This document shows, one piece after another, positions 37,583-51,252 of a stretch of DNA of 64,000 bases. The notes under the pieces were generated by a model. The model was not told the origin of the DNA. It saw only the letters and a list, made by a program, of their open reading frames with translations, and ran no database searches. Position numbers and translations under genes: made by a program. Position 1 is the first letter of the stretch; every line of letters starts with the position of its first letter. The stretch is from Amoebophrya sp. A120 (lineage: Eukaryota; Protista; Dinoflagellata), in the NCBI GenBank assembly GCA_905178155.1, contig CAJINV010000005.1, forward strand, positions 8,595,591-8,659,590. The letters are read 5' to 3'.

Positions 37583-38591
37583 AAAAGCGGGATATCAACT
37601 GTAAAAATGTCTGGGTCTGGAAGAATCCAACTTGTCATGCTGATTTTGGATTCTAAAAAAAATCTGTATTGCATGAGCAGCAAAGAGAGTCCAAGTTTTG
37701 CTACACGGAAAGAGCATTTGCTACACGGGGGTGCGCAAGAAACCACAACAGAGAAAAAGATCAAGCTCGGGTCGCGCGCGATGCTCGTCCCATTCGTTTT
37801 TTCCGACGGTTCACTTCCTTCATCAGGGCCTTGCTCAACCCTGGACCAGAACGAGTAGGACTAAGGACCCAAGAGGTAGGCACTGTAGCGGAAAGCTGGA
37901 GCAAAACTATTTTCTTGGAAAAAGAACCCAATAGGAGCCGACCTGCGTGGATGGTTACAAAACAGGTAGCTTGGCCCCAAATGGCAATGATCATTGGGAG
38001 CAGCAGAGCGCAGCAGGACCCCGGGACTGCAACAGCTCACCCCTGTTTTAGCTTAGAAATACGCAGTGCGCCGAGTATGCCACTACCTCGACCCCTCAAG
38101 AAAAGAAGTAGCCCCCCCAACTACACACTCGCCGTCCGCGATCAGGATGCGATGCGTACTAACCAACATTGTGCGAACCGAGATCCCGCGGGGCACAGGG
38201 TCTGGGCGGCTCGAAGCAGAACGCGCAGCACAAGCGGGAGACAATACATCCAAAGGTGGGGATGGTCTCAGGTCGTTCAGGTCCGCCAAGGGTTGCGTCT
38301 CGCTATCAGGGTTTCGCCAACTCCGTGGGGGCGTTGCGGGTATCTCCCTAAAACACCAAAACCGGCACAAATTGGGCCGGCAGTCCGGGTAATTGCTCAC
38401 CGAACGGCTTGTATGGCGAATAAGGTGCTCGACGAAGGAAGAAGTAAGCATGTAAGGAGCACCTCCGGTTGGTAGAGCAATCGGCTACCGAGGCACGTCA
38501 GGGGGCGTCGCTACTTCAATTCAATTCAATGCAAAATGTGCATGACAAACCTGGCAATCTGTTCCAGACCCAGACATATTTGCATTTGATA
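37583..38591. mobile_element. Family A introner enlarged by an ~800-bp nested insert
   Basis: tatcaactgtaaaaatgtctggg...cccagacatatttgcatttgata with CGGGA direct repeat. About four times normal length. The insert ends in (ttcaa)3. Confidence 0.75.
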
Positions 38592-41500
38592 CGGGACGCG
38601 AAGGAACAACAACGGAAAAAAGACCTGGAAGTTCTGGAGAGCGAGTTCGCCAAATTGACGAAAGAGTTGGAGCAGCTGCAGCATTACGCACTGGCACCGC
38701 AAAAGCATCGTATAAGTCCGATACTCGTAGACCACTATAACACTGGTCGCGCAGTACAATTCTTTGGACAAAAAATGGAATTTGTCATGCTGACGCTGTG
38801 CTATTTTTATTTCGCAATAAAACCCGCAGATCATGATCTTCATCGTCATATGCTGTATCTACTGTCATGCTACAATTACTGCGATTGTTATGACGAGTCT
38901 TACTTGTGCGGTACTTTTGCACAGGATGAAAAGCGGGAAGCGAAGGAGGAATGGCAATTGCTTGACGAGGAACAGGATCCCGCCATGCGGCAACTTTTCC
39001 AGCAGTCCGCGTCTTCTTCTTCTTCTCGGACTCGCGGCAATTCATCAAAAGCACGGCGGAACATGAGAAGTACTAAATAGAACTCAGTCTGTAAGGACAA
39101 CTACGATGCGTCTCTTTTGCCAACAACTTCTGGCACTTTCATCAAAAAGGAGATCATGTCTAGCAGTATTGGCACTGACCGTGTAGTGGAAAATTATCGA
39201 GGATGAACAAAATCTAAGTCACCCTTTCGCACGAAAGAACCGCAGTCGTGGTAGTGATTCCTGCAACAGTACTGCACTTTTTTTTTTACTGGGTAGAAAT
39301 TACTTCTTTTCTACTTCTCGTGTTTTATCTTCTTTTCTTTACCCGGTGAGAGCCTAGTAGTACGCAAGTGAAGATCATGGACATTATCATTATACATAAG
39401 TGATCGACAGTATTTTTGGAAATCGCATCAAAATCAAAGAGCAGTACGAGGGCGCGCCAAGCACGCACGTACGAAAGAAGCGGCATTTCGATTTTCATTG
39501 AAGAAAAAGAAATAATCACTGTCAGTTGAAAAACGAGAACGGTTGTAATTCTAATTTTGGCGTAGCTTCTGCAGCGCCAACATTTCAAATTTATCGAATG
39601 ATAAACTAAAACAGACACAGATTCCCAGTATGAATTGAAAACTCTACTTTCGGAATTTCAGGATGAGCATAGAGTAAAAGTAATGGCGGGAGCGTAAAGA
39701 TTCACTGCGGTTAAAGAATTCAATATACAAAAAAAGCACGTACGTGCCTTATCTATCAGTCGAAGTAGTTTTGAAGGAAGAACCAAGTAGTTTTGAAAGA
39801 AGAAGTAGTTTTGAAGGAAGGAAGTACTTTGACAGCAATTATCTCCAAGAACAGCTGCAGTTGCACTTTATTATTAAGATTCCTACAACTCAAAATGCGC
39901 GAGCGCGCTAAGAAAGATAGAATCCGTCGTTGTTCAAAAACAGAAAACGCAATACAAATTACTACTAGTTACAGAAAGTGCTTACCTCCGAAAGTGCTTA
40001 CCCCTCTACTACGCCTCGGTGTAGCAGAAGCAAGTTGCGACTTCAGATTTTTGTATTTGAACGCAACAAAACCTAAGATCATCCCAAAAACTACGCTTTA
40101 GACCACACAAAGAAGCAAGCAAGTTAGACGATCGGAACCCGAACACAAAAACTAAAAAATCTACTACTACGACGGTCGAGCTGATGAAGCGTTGTTTCGC
40201 GCCAAAAACGAAATGCGTAACTTTGTCTTGCTACAGGTGACAGGAGGAATAAGCAGCAGTCATTACAAGACTACAAGGATTGCATCTCTAACGAATGAAA
40301 GTGGCTCGCATGCATGTTCTCCGTCGTATGAGTATCGTTATGTGCGTATCTTGTCTTCGTTTGTTTTTGTGAGTACAAAGTGTCTCCGGAATCCAATTCC
40401 ACTACCAAGATGAACAATTAGCTTTTTTGAAAGTCGACAAAGTTGGAATGATTTCTCATGCAGAAATTCCAAGGCATGAAGTGCCTCTCTTTCAGGGATG
40501 GAAAGTGAGGCCGACTGTCGGCCCGTTTGGGATCTGCGATAGAGCTGCTAAAGTAGCATGACAAAAGACGCCTCCTTTCCCTAAACAGCGCGACAAACTG
40601 GATGTAGGCGATGCGGAAATTTGTCATGCACCGCTTGGAAATTGGGCTTCCAACTGGTATCGATTTTATGCATCGCAGATTATTTCAACTTTGACGATTT
40701 CGGTCCTGACACTTCCATATGAAAAACGAGAACGGTAGACATAGAAGATTTATGGAAAAGAACAGAAATGTGAGGGCGCACGGAGAAGGGCAACAAGTGC
40801 TAGTTTTTATTTCCATCAAAAAAATAAAATTATCATGCTTTCGTTTGCAACGCCAACAGTATTATTTATTCAAATTTATTTTTTATAATTTGACTCATGC
40901 TTATTTTGATGAAGTTGAAAACGCGCACTCAAATAGGACCTAAGAGTTAGAGTGAGGCTACTAAGGCGAGCATTATTACTATTCGCCCTCGAAAAAGAAG
41001 AAGAACCGTTGGCACTGTAGTATGTGTATGGGAGTCGTGCGAGGAAGTTGTAGGTAGTAGTACAACTTCTATGCCTGCTACAGAATAGAAGTTGAAGGAT
41101 TTATTTCCCTGATATAATCGGGGCGTCCACGACCGAGATGAGCAGTTTAGTTTTTTGGCAGGAGCAACACCATATTAGTCATGGAATCAGTAGCACCATG
41201 GTCGTGGCAGTACTTGTTCTCAAGAGGCGGAAGTGTTCGCAGCAGGAGTATTCTTATTCATCTTCGACCGGTGTCATTTATTTGGTGCGTGCAACTACTG
41301 CCCTCCACGTACAAGAAGGCGCACTAGTTTCATTGTTGGGGGCTAATACCACGACGTCGGCGCCTAGGTCTACAGTGTGTTGCTACTGGAAATAAAGCAG
41401 AGTTTATTCCTCCTCCTCCTCCTACTGGAAATAAAGCACGCTGTAGTAGATCATGTCGTTGTCGATGTGCTACGAGTACGACGTCGCACTAGAAGATCAA

Positions 41501-42880
41501 ATCGGTAGTGGCTGGAGCCGTCTTTGCAATAAAAATGTGTACTGTGCTGTAAGGGATCCTGGGAATCGGTTGAAAATCAAAGGTTATGCGCAGGCGTAGT
41601 TCAGGCGCAGGATTTATACCAAGATCAAAATCACAAGTGTTGTGTTGAAAAGATCATGATCACAGTAGACCTCTTCTTTACACGACATCACCATCAGCAG
41701 TACGAGGGCGCACCAAGCACGCACGTACAGCTGAAAAACGAGCATGGTAGAGGACATTGAAGATTTATGGAAAAGAACAGCAATGTGAAGGCGTTGTACG
41801 GGGAAGCAGAAGGGCAACAAGTGCTAGTTTTTTTCATCATGAAGAAGGCCGTCTTGTTGCATTTGTATTACAGCACTATCCCAGCTCTGTGGTGATAATT
41901 ATCTGGTAAGAACCCAAAGAATTACAATAAATTCGATGCTCTACTCCGTCGTAGCAGATGTTGTGTGGAAAAGGATCTTGCGCTGGCACAGGTCGTCGCA
42001 TAAGCCGACCTTGAAGCTGATAATGGTGATTATAGAAGACGTTGGGTCTTTATCAGCAACAGCATGGTGATGAAATAATTCGAGAGGAGGAGTGTGGTGG
42101 ATATTCTTGTTCATCGCAAACAAATCCAGGTATGGTAATATTCACAAAAATAGACCATCACACTGTACTCACGCAAAGTATAGCTCATGTCGAGGTGCTA
42201 CTAAACTAAAACGCGTTCTTGTATGTTTAGAACGCGAAGATCATGTGGCTGGGGTCGATGCGCCGTGACGCACGAGAATATAATCTTCAAATCGGTAGTC
42301 GCTCTCGCTGGTGGAGGTGCACTTCCTGCAATACAAATGTGTAGTACTCTGTGCTGTAAGGAAAAGGGCAACTCGGTTGAGAATCAAAGTTCATGCACAG
42401 GCACTGTGCAGGTTCAGAATGAAACAGGATCAAAATCCGAAATGCTTCGTTGAAAAGATCATCTTCACAAACCTGCTCTATACACCCACGTCGGTTCTTT
42501 GAAAAATTCAGATTGTGGTGTCACCCGTCGCTCCTGTCTTGTCAGAAAAGATCAATGGACCACAACAAGGACGCTCAGATCATAGATCAATCTATCAGAA
42601 GCTCGTGACGCGACCTCCAATTACAGGCACTTGTAAAACATCTAGTCTACTATAGACGAACTCACGCATACCTTTACGCTCCTCCAAAGTAGCACAAAAC
42701 CTCTCGTCCCAACAACTAGCACAAAACTTATCAGTATCGGCCTGCTCCTGTAAGTAGTAGCACAATCAACTACTCACCGCATCAAAAGCTGTCTGCAAGA
42801 CGTTGTAAGAAGTTTTCTGCATATATTTTACGCCTTTTTGGCTCGTCGTTGTCGTCCTCCCACCGATAGCAAAAAGCAAA

Positions 42881-45655
42881 ATGTTGCGCTCCATGGTCTT
42901 CCCCACCTCGCGCGGAGGTGCAGTGTTTATTTCTCTTTGCGCTGTTCTTTTCGCCGGGCAGCATTACAACTCCGTCCAGGCTGTCACGTTGCGTGCGTCA
43001 TCTGCCTCGCCATCTGCAGATCCTGACCTCGCCTACATGCCCCCTGAGATGATGGAACAATACAGGCAATACCAATACCAAGAAAACCAAAAGATATCAA
43101 CGGCAAATGTGCGTGGTTCTGGAATAAGAAGAATGCAGAAGACATTTGTGACGCGCCAGTTTTTCCGTCGTGACACAGGCCTATTAGTATCACAGGTTTA
43201 TAATAACATGAGTCGATGTGACTAGAGTCCAAATGTCTAATCCGCATGAAAAATTGCGCCCTCTTGCGGTGACATTAAGTAGGCGCGTTTAAATTTTGAC
43301 GCTGGCCATGCATGACAGATTTTGACATGATGGAAAATTCGTATACACAAAAATAGCATCTTCATTCCAGACCGAGGCTACATATTTGCGACGCATAACC
43401 GTGGCAGCCCGTAACACATTCTGACCTTGATAAGTATCATGCGTAAACAAAACGTCCCCACGTCGGCTGCACAGTGAAGATGGAAATTCCGATGCACAAA
43501 GCAACAAGCCTTGGCTCATGAGTACAGTTTTAAGCTGATGGGACGAGGACCATTTGCATCGTGTGTAGCTGCTAGTGATCAAGCCGCATCACAAAAGATG
43601 ATCGATCACCCTGGTCTGATTCTAGCATGACAAACTTGACGTATCAGACAGCATGGGAAAAAAAAATGCTCCTCATGGGGCAGGGGCTGCGCAGTGAGAC
43701 ATTTTAGGCATGCAGATTTGTCGAAGACAACAAAGCTGCAGTGGGGACGTTTTTACGCAGGATAAGGAGACCTATTTGGTCCACCACCACCCCGATCCGG
43801 CGCTCCGGGCGCTCCGGCGCCAATTCCCCGGCAACAAGATCGTGAAAAAGGAAGTGGACGAGGGCACCCTTATAAGTGCAACCCCAATCGAACCTACAGA
43901 GGAGTCTGCCCTAGTGAAGAAGGAGCTGGAACAACTCCGTGACGACATCGCCAAAGCATCGCGATCATTGCCAAAGCCGGAAGAGCTACGTGATACAAGC
44001 AAAGTGGACAAGGAGCTAGAAGAACTCCGTCAACGCCTTCCCAAAGAATCGGCGGAGCTGGAAAAACTAAGTGCTGCGTATCAACTGCAAACATTTCGGG
44101 TCTGGGACGAGAATGCGAGATTTCGATTTGTCATGCTAGTCTGGCATGACTCTGAGCTCTGTGTTGCATTCCCGCGAAGAGCTCCTCCTCCCTGTCATGC
44201 AAAAACGCACTTTGTCATGCGGAATAAGAATATTACGCAACTCAGAACCATGAAAAAAACTTCAACTTGTCATGCTTGGCAGCGCATCATAGTGAAAGAA
44301 TTCACTACTCCCTTTCTTGCATTACAAGTTAGTTTAATATTCCAGACCCAGACATATTTACAATGCATACTGAGGCGAAACAATCACAAAAGATTCACGC
44401 ACGTACTGAAATGATGCCATATGAATCCGTTCGGGCGGATTGGAAGAAGGCACAAGAACAGCAAGAACTCGTGAAAAAACTCGAGACGCAGGAGGCCGAA
44501 TTGGCGAAAAAATTGAGGCAGCTGCAAGATTACAATTCGAACGTGTTGAGGCAGCGGCAAGATTACGCAGTGCAAAAGCATCGTATAAATTCGAGACAGA
44601 GACTCGTACTAGACCACTACAAGAACATTGGTCACGCAGTATAGTTTTTTAGACAAAAAATGAAATTTGTTATGCTGTTGCTGTGCTATTTTTTCGCAAT
44701 ATTAAAAAAACAGCAGATGATGATCATGATGATGATCTTCATGTACTGATGTGTCTGTCATGCTGCAAATACTGCGATTGTTGCGACGAGCCTTACTTGT
44801 ATACGGTACTTTTGCACAGGATGAAAAGAGGGAAGCGGCGGAACAAGACCGGAAATATAACCTGAAAGAACTGGAGAGCCAGCAGGCCAAATTGACGATA
44901 CAGTTGAAGCAGCTGCGACATTACGCACTGGCACCGCAAAAGCATCGTATAAGTCCGATACTTCTCGTAGAAGACCACTACAACATAATTGGTCGCGCAG
45001 TACAATTTTTTGGACAAAAAATGGAATTTGTCATGCTGACGCTGTGCCATTTTTATATCGCAATAAAACTACAGCAGATGATCTTCATCGTCATATGCTG
45101 TATCTACTGTCATGCTACAAAAATTACTGTGATCATTGATTGTTGCGACGAGTGTTACTTGTGCGGTGCTTTTGCACAGGATGAAAAGAGGGAAGCGGCG
45201 GACGAAGGGGAATTGCCTGAGAAGGATCTCGCCCTGCGGCAGGAGGAGGAATGGCAATTGCTTGACGAGGAACAGTATGAATTGCAAATATGTCTGGGTC
45301 TCCTGGAAGATTGCAACTTGTCATGCTTTTAAATCTGAACCATGCAAGGTTCCGTGTTGCATGAGTGCCATCAAATGCTGTCCGCTTTCGAGTCTGGAGG
45401 GAGGGACTTTCTCATGCAGGATAGGCATGTTGACAGTGACCTCACAGAGTCTGATGTCATGCTGTGTCCCGCATTTTTCCAGACCTCATGGGCGGTCATG
45501 GAAAACCTCCTGCATGACAAGTCTACACTCCTCCAGACCCAGACATTTTTACATTTGATAAACAGGATTCCGCCATGCGGGAACTTTTCCAGCAGGCTCG
45601 CGGCAAGTCATCTTCAAAAGCACGGCGGGAGGGCAAGAAGAGAAGTACTAAATAG
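42881..45655 (+). CDS. Secreted coiled-coil protein, copy 2, with introner introns
   Basis: Signal-peptide-like MLRSMVFPTSRGGAVFISLCAVLFAG. E/K/Q/L-rich heptad exons. Basic C-terminus KARREGKKRSTK-stop. The first introns (43095-43764) are degenerate, so intactness is uncertain. Confidence 0.65.
45276..45560. mobile_element. Family A introner absent from the paralogous gene
   Basis: AACAG duplicated at 45271-45275 and 45561-45565. The paralog has a single AACAG at 38971-38975. Confidence 0.92.
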
Positions 45656-46357
45656 AAGAACTCAGTAGTCGGTGCTGCCAACTACGATGCGTCTCTTTCG
45701 CCAAAAACTTGTTCTGGCACTTTCATCAAAAAGGAGATCATGTCTAGCAGTATTTTTGGCACTGACCGCGTAGTGGAAAATTATCGAGGATGAACAAAAT
45801 CTAAGTCACCCTTTCGCATAAAACCGCAGTCGTGGTAGTGATTCCTGCAACAGTACTGCACTTTTTTTTTTACTGGGTAGAAATTACTTCTTTTCTACTT
45901 CTCGCATTTTATGTTCTTTTCTTTACCCGGTGAGAGCCTAGTAGTACGCAAGTGAAGATCATGGACATTATCATTATANATTACTTCTTTTCTACTTCTC
46001 GCATTTTATGTTCTTTTCTTTACCCGGTGAGAGCCTAGTAGTACGCAAGTGAAGATCATGGACATTATCATTATATTTATAAGTTTTGATCGACAGTATT
46101 TATATTTTTGGAAATCGCATCAAAATCAGACAGCAGTACGAGGGCGCACTAAGCACGCACGTACGTTTTGCGAGAACTACGCCAACATTACAGCCGTGCG
46201 TTTTGAATTCAGTTTTTTTTTGGCATTATTTTCAAAAGAGACCCTGACGCTGTGAGACCCAAACCAGCGAAACACGACGGCAGCGTGGTTTTTTTGTGTT
46301 TCGAATGACGGGAAAAAAATAAGCATACCGTCGTGATTTCGATTTGTGTGTTTTTTT

Positions 46358-47100
46358 GGGGGATCCGCCCGTTCCCCGGGGATCCGCCCGCTGCCCGGGG
46401 ATCCGCCTTCGCCCAGGGGATCCGCCCGCTCCCCGGGGGTCCGCCTTCGCCCAGGGGATCCGCCCGCTTCCCGGGGATCCGCCTTCCCCCAGGGGATCCG
46501 CCCGCTCCCCGGGGATCCGCCCGCTCCCCCCGGGGACCCGCCCGTTCCCCGGGGATCCGCCTTCGCCCAGGGGATCCGCCGGCCCGCTACTCGGGGATCC
46601 GCCTTCGCCCAGGAGCCCGCCCATTCCCCGGGGATCCGGGTTCGCGCAGGGGATCCGCCCGCTCCCCGGGGAGTCGCCTTCGCGCAGGGAATCCCTCCGC
46701 CCATTCCCCGGGGATCCGCCCGCTCCCCGGGGATCCGCCTTCCCCCAGGGGATCCGCCCGCTCCCCGAGGATCCGCCTTCGCCCAGGGGATCCGCCCGTT
46801 ACTCGGGGATCCGCCCGGCTCCCCGGGGATCCGCCCGTTCCCCGGGGATCCGCCCGCGCCCCGAGGATCCGCCCGCTTCCCGGGGATCCGCCTTCGCCCG
46901 GGGGATCCGCCTTCGCCAAGGGGATCCGCCCGTTACTCGGGGATCCGCCCGTTCCCCGGGGGTCCGCCCGCTTCCCGGGGATCCGCCCGCGCCCCGAGGA
47001 TCCGCCCGCTTCCCGGGGATCCGCCTTCGCCCGGGGGATCCACCCTCGCCCCCGGGGGGTCCGCCCTCGCTTCGGGGGGTCCGCCCTTTCCCCGGGGAAA
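46358..47100. repeat. GC-rich minisatellite, ~19-20-bp units (ggggatccgcc + ttcgccc/cgctccc)
   Basis: Dozens of degenerate copies of ggggatccgcc with alternating spacers. Confidence 0.93.
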
Positions 47101-47139
47101 TCCTCCCGGCTGGGGTAGTGCGTACCACGGGAGAACGGG

Positions 47140-50025
47140 CTCCGGAGGAATCCTCTCCGGAATCCCCTCCCGAAATCGACGCTGTGCCGCCGGGGAAAGA
47201 CCGCGAAGGACGGCGCCAATCCGGTCAGAGGATTCCGGAGAGGATTTCGGAATCCTCTCCGGAATCCTCTGTGGAATCCTCCTCCGAAATCGAGGTCGTG
47301 CCGTCGGGGAAAGGGCGCCAAAGACGGCTCAACTTGGGCCAGAGGATTCCGGAGAGGATTTGGGAATCCTCTCCGGAATCCTCTGCGGAATCCTCCCCCG
47401 AAATCGAGGCCGTGCCGTCGGGGAAAGGGCGCCCAAGACGGCTCAACTTGGGCCAGAGGATTCCGGAGAGGAAAGGGCGCGAAACACGGCTCAACTTGGG
47501 CCAGAGGATTCCGGAGAGGATTTTGGAATCCTCTCCGGAATCCTCTGTGGAATCCTCCCCCGAAATCGAGGCCGTGCCGTCGGGGAAAGGGCGCCAAAGA
47601 CGGCTCAACTTGGGCCAGAGGATTCCGGAGAGGAAAGGGCGCGAAACACGGCTCAACTTGGGCCAGAGGATTCCGGAGAGGATTTTGGAATCCTCTCCGG
47701 AATCCTCTGTGGAATCCTCCCCCGAAATCGAGGCCGTGCCGTCGGGAAAAGGGCGCGTCGCGAAAGACGGCTCAACTTGGGCCAGAGGATTCCGGAGAGG
47801 ATTTTGGAATCCTCTCCGGAATCCTCTGTGGAATCCTCCCCCGAAATCGAGGCCGTGCCGTCGGGGAAAGGGCGCCAAAGACGGCTCAACTTGGGCCAGA
47901 GGATTCCGGAGAGGAAAGGGCGCGAAACACGGCTCAACTTGGGCCAGAGGATTCCGGAGAGGATTTTGGAATCCTCTCCGGAATCCTCTGTGGAATCCTC
48001 CCCCGAAATCGAGGCCGTGCCGTCGGGGAAAGGGCGCCAAAGACGGCTCAACTTGGGCCAGAGGATTCCGGAGAGGAAAGGGCGCGAAACACGGCTCAAC
48101 TTGGGCCAGAGGATTCCGGAGAGGATTTTGGAATCCTCTCCGGAATCCTCTGTGGAATCCTCCCCCGAAATCGAGGTCGTGCCGTCGGGAAAAGGGCGCG
48201 TCGCAAAAGACGGCTCAACTTGGGCCAGAGGATTCCGGAGAGGATTTGGGAATCCTCTCCGGAATCCTCTGCGGAATCCTCCCCCGAAATCGAGGCCGTG
48301 CCGTCGGGGAAAGGGCGCCAAAGACGGCTCAACTTGGGCCAGAGGATTCCGGAGAGGAAAGGGCGCGAAACACGGCTCAACTTGGGCCAGAGGATTCCGG
48401 AGAGGATTTTGGAATCCTCTCCGGAATCCTCTGTGGAATCCTCCCCCGAAATCGAGGTCGTGCCGTCGGGAAAAGGGCGCGTCGCAAAAGACGGCTCAAC
48501 TTGGGCCAGAGGATTCCGGAGAGGATTTGGGAATCCTCTCCGGAATCCTCTGCGGAATCCTCCCCCGAAATCGAGGCCGTGCCGTCGGGGAAAGGGCGCC
48601 AAAGACGGCTCAACTTGGGCCAGAGGATTCCGGAGAGGAAAGGGCGCGAAACACGGCTCAACTTGGGCCAGAGGATTCCGGAGAGGATTTTGGAATCCTC
48701 TCCGGAATCCTCTGTGGAATCCTCCCCCGAAATCGAGGTCGTGCCGTCGGGAAAAGGGCGCGTCGCAAAAGACGGCTCAACTTGGGCCAGAGGATTCCGG
48801 AGAGGATTTGGGAATCCTCTCCGGAATCCTCTGCGGAATCCTCCCCCGAAATCGAGGCCGTGCCGTCGGGGAAAGGGCGCCAAAGACGGCTCAACTTGGG
48901 CCAGAGGATTCCGGAGAGGAAAGGGCGCGAAACACGGCTCAACTTGGGCCAGAGGATTCCGGAGAGGATTTTGGAATCCTCTCCGGAATCCTCTGTGGAA
49001 TCCTCCCCCGAAATCGAGGTCGTGCCGTCGGGAAAAGGGCGCGTCGCAAAAGACGGCTCAACTTGGGCCAGAGGATTCCGGAGAGGATTTGGGAATCCTC
49101 TCCGGAATCCTCTGCGGAATCCTCCCCCGAAATCGAGGCCGTGCCGTCGGGGAAAGGGCGCCAAAGACGGCTCAACTTGGGCCAGAGGATTCCGGAGAGG
49201 AAAGGGCGCGAAACACGGCTCAACTTGGGCCAGAGGATTCCGGAGAGGATTTTGGAATCCTCTCCGGAATCCTCTGTGGAATCCTCCCCCGAAATCGAGG
49301 TCGTGCCGTCGGGAAAAGGGCGCGTCGCAAAAGACGGCTCAACTTGGGCCAGAGGATTCCGGAGAGGATTTGGGAATCCTCTCCGGAATCCTCTGCGGAA
49401 TCCTCCCCCGAAATCGAGGCCGTGCCGTCGGGGAAAGGGCGCCAAAGACGGCTCAACTTGGGCCAGAGGATTCCGGAGAGGAAAGGGCGCGAAACACGGC
49501 TCAACTTGGGCCAGAGGATTCCGGAGAGGATTTTGGAATCCTCTCCGGAATCCTCTGTGGAATCCTCCCCCGAAATCGAGGTCGTGCCGTCGGGAAAAGG
49601 GCGCGTCGCAAAAGACGGCTCAACTTGGGCCAGAGGATTCCGGAGAGGATTTTGGAATCACTCTCCGGAATCCTCGGTGGAATCCTCCCCCGAAATCGAG
49701 GGAGTGCCGTCGGGGAAAGGGCGCCAAAGACGGGCCAACTTGGGCCAGGGGATTCCGGAGAGGATTTTGGAATCCTCTCCGGAATCCTCTGTGGAATCCT
49801 CCCCCGAAATCGAGGCAGTGCCGTCGGGGAAAGGGCGCGAAACACGGCTCAACTTGGGCCAGAGGATTCCGGAGAGGATTTTGGAATCCTCGCCGGCATC
49901 CTCTGTGGAATCCTCATCCGAAATCGAGGGCGTGCCGTCGGGAAAAGGGCGCGAAAGACGGCTCAACTTGGGCCAGAGGATTCCGGAGGGGCTTCCGGAA
50001 TCCCCTCCGGAATCCTCCGTGGAAA
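47140..50025. repeat. Satellite with 281-bp higher-order period and internal palindromes
   Basis: Identical ORF fragments recur every 281 bp (48321, 48602, 48883, 49164, 49445). Subunits start acggctcaacttgggccagagg. Confidence 0.95.
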
Positions 50026-51252
50026 ATGTGCGCCGGTTTGCCGGGGCCGCCAGGTTGCTCGCAATCCGCAGCAGACTGTGGCGATTTAAGCACACGAGAC
50101 GCCAACACAGACGCGGCGCGGTTGTGTACACAAACAGCAGCGGAGTCCATGCGCGCGCCGCCTTTTCGGTTGCATTGCGACACATTTTAGCACGACCTAA
50201 GCCGAAGGTTTTCCGGGAAACCTTAAACGACGTTTCCCGAGCGGAGTCCATTGATTTCTGGGTCTCGCAGCGTCATACTCTCTTTCAAAAATTGGGGACA
50301 GCCGGGGCATTTTGAATTCAATTTTTTTTTGGCATTATTTTTGAAAGCTGGGGCGTAGGCATTTTGAATTCACGGCCGGAGTTAACAGCTTTCTGGAGGG
50401 GTAACAGTTACGAATGTAACAGTTGAGGACGCCATAACCTGCTACAATGATATCGCGACTTGGCCCACCGAAATGAAAAATTCGCTTATTTGTTTGTTTC
50501 TTGTTGGTGGTCAAGTTTTTTTGCTTTCTCCACCACAACTAGATCTATTTTATCTTCTTGTGAAAAAAATGTAATTTTAAATTAGTCCCCGATCTATTTA
50601 TATCTTCTTTTCTTGGTCCGGTGACGAGAGCATAGTATGCAAGTGATGGACGTCATAAGTGATCGACATTATTATAACTTTTGGAAATTATCGCATCAAA
50701 ATCAAACACGCAGTACGAGGGCGCACCAAGCACGCACGTACAGTCAGCTGAAAAAAGAGAACGGTAGACAACATTGAAGACTTTTTATGGAAAGCAGCAA
50801 TCATGTGGGGGCGCATGGAGAAGGGCAACAAATGCTGCTTTTTTCCATGATGAAGACCATCATCTTGTTGCATTCGTACATTAATTACAGCACTTCTATC
50901 TGAGCTTGTTGCATCTGTATAATTTATCACAGCACCACCCAGCAGCACGACCGGGTGGCTGGACAATGATGAAGGAATCGAAGTCATCACTTCGTGTTGG
51001 TGTAGTTCTTGCAGCACCAACATCAAAAAAAAAAATATTTCAAACGTATTAACTCTTTCTGAAGACGCGCGCTCCGATAGAAGGACATTCTCATTCATAA
51101 GAGTAAGATAACGTAAGGATAAAAAGAAGTAGTGCTCGCACTACTTATTCCCCCTCGAAAAACAAGCTTCCTGAAGCAGGTGAACCGCTGACCTTGTAGG
51201 AGAGTTGTGCGAAGTTGTTGTAGTACTTCAACTTCTACTATGCCTGGCTGCT

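Larger units (their letters stand above)
31052..39080 (+). pseudogene. Secreted coiled-coil protein, copy 1, disrupted by insertions
   Basis: MLRSSMVLFSTSRGGAVFISLLCAVLIFAG.. paralogous to 42881. Interrupted by 31328-34643 and by unrelated sequence at about 35210-37200. Ends ..KARRNMRSTK-stop. Confidence 0.72.

Noticed and set aside
38464-38495. tRNA-like ggttggtagagcaatcggct
   Set aside because: Only an A-box/D-arm resemblance; no T-arm or acceptor stem found.
45882-46075. ~95-bp tandem duplication
   Set aside because: It straddles the single N at 45979, so it is most likely an unmerged contig overlap.
47140-50025. CRISPR-like repeat array
   Set aside because: The intervening sequences are themselves repeated, there are no unique spacers or cas genes, and the context is eukaryotic.
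46344-50315. 1323-aa and 1247-aa ORFs
   Set aside because: Open in several frames only because the satellite lacks stop codons; the 281-bp period cycles through the frames.
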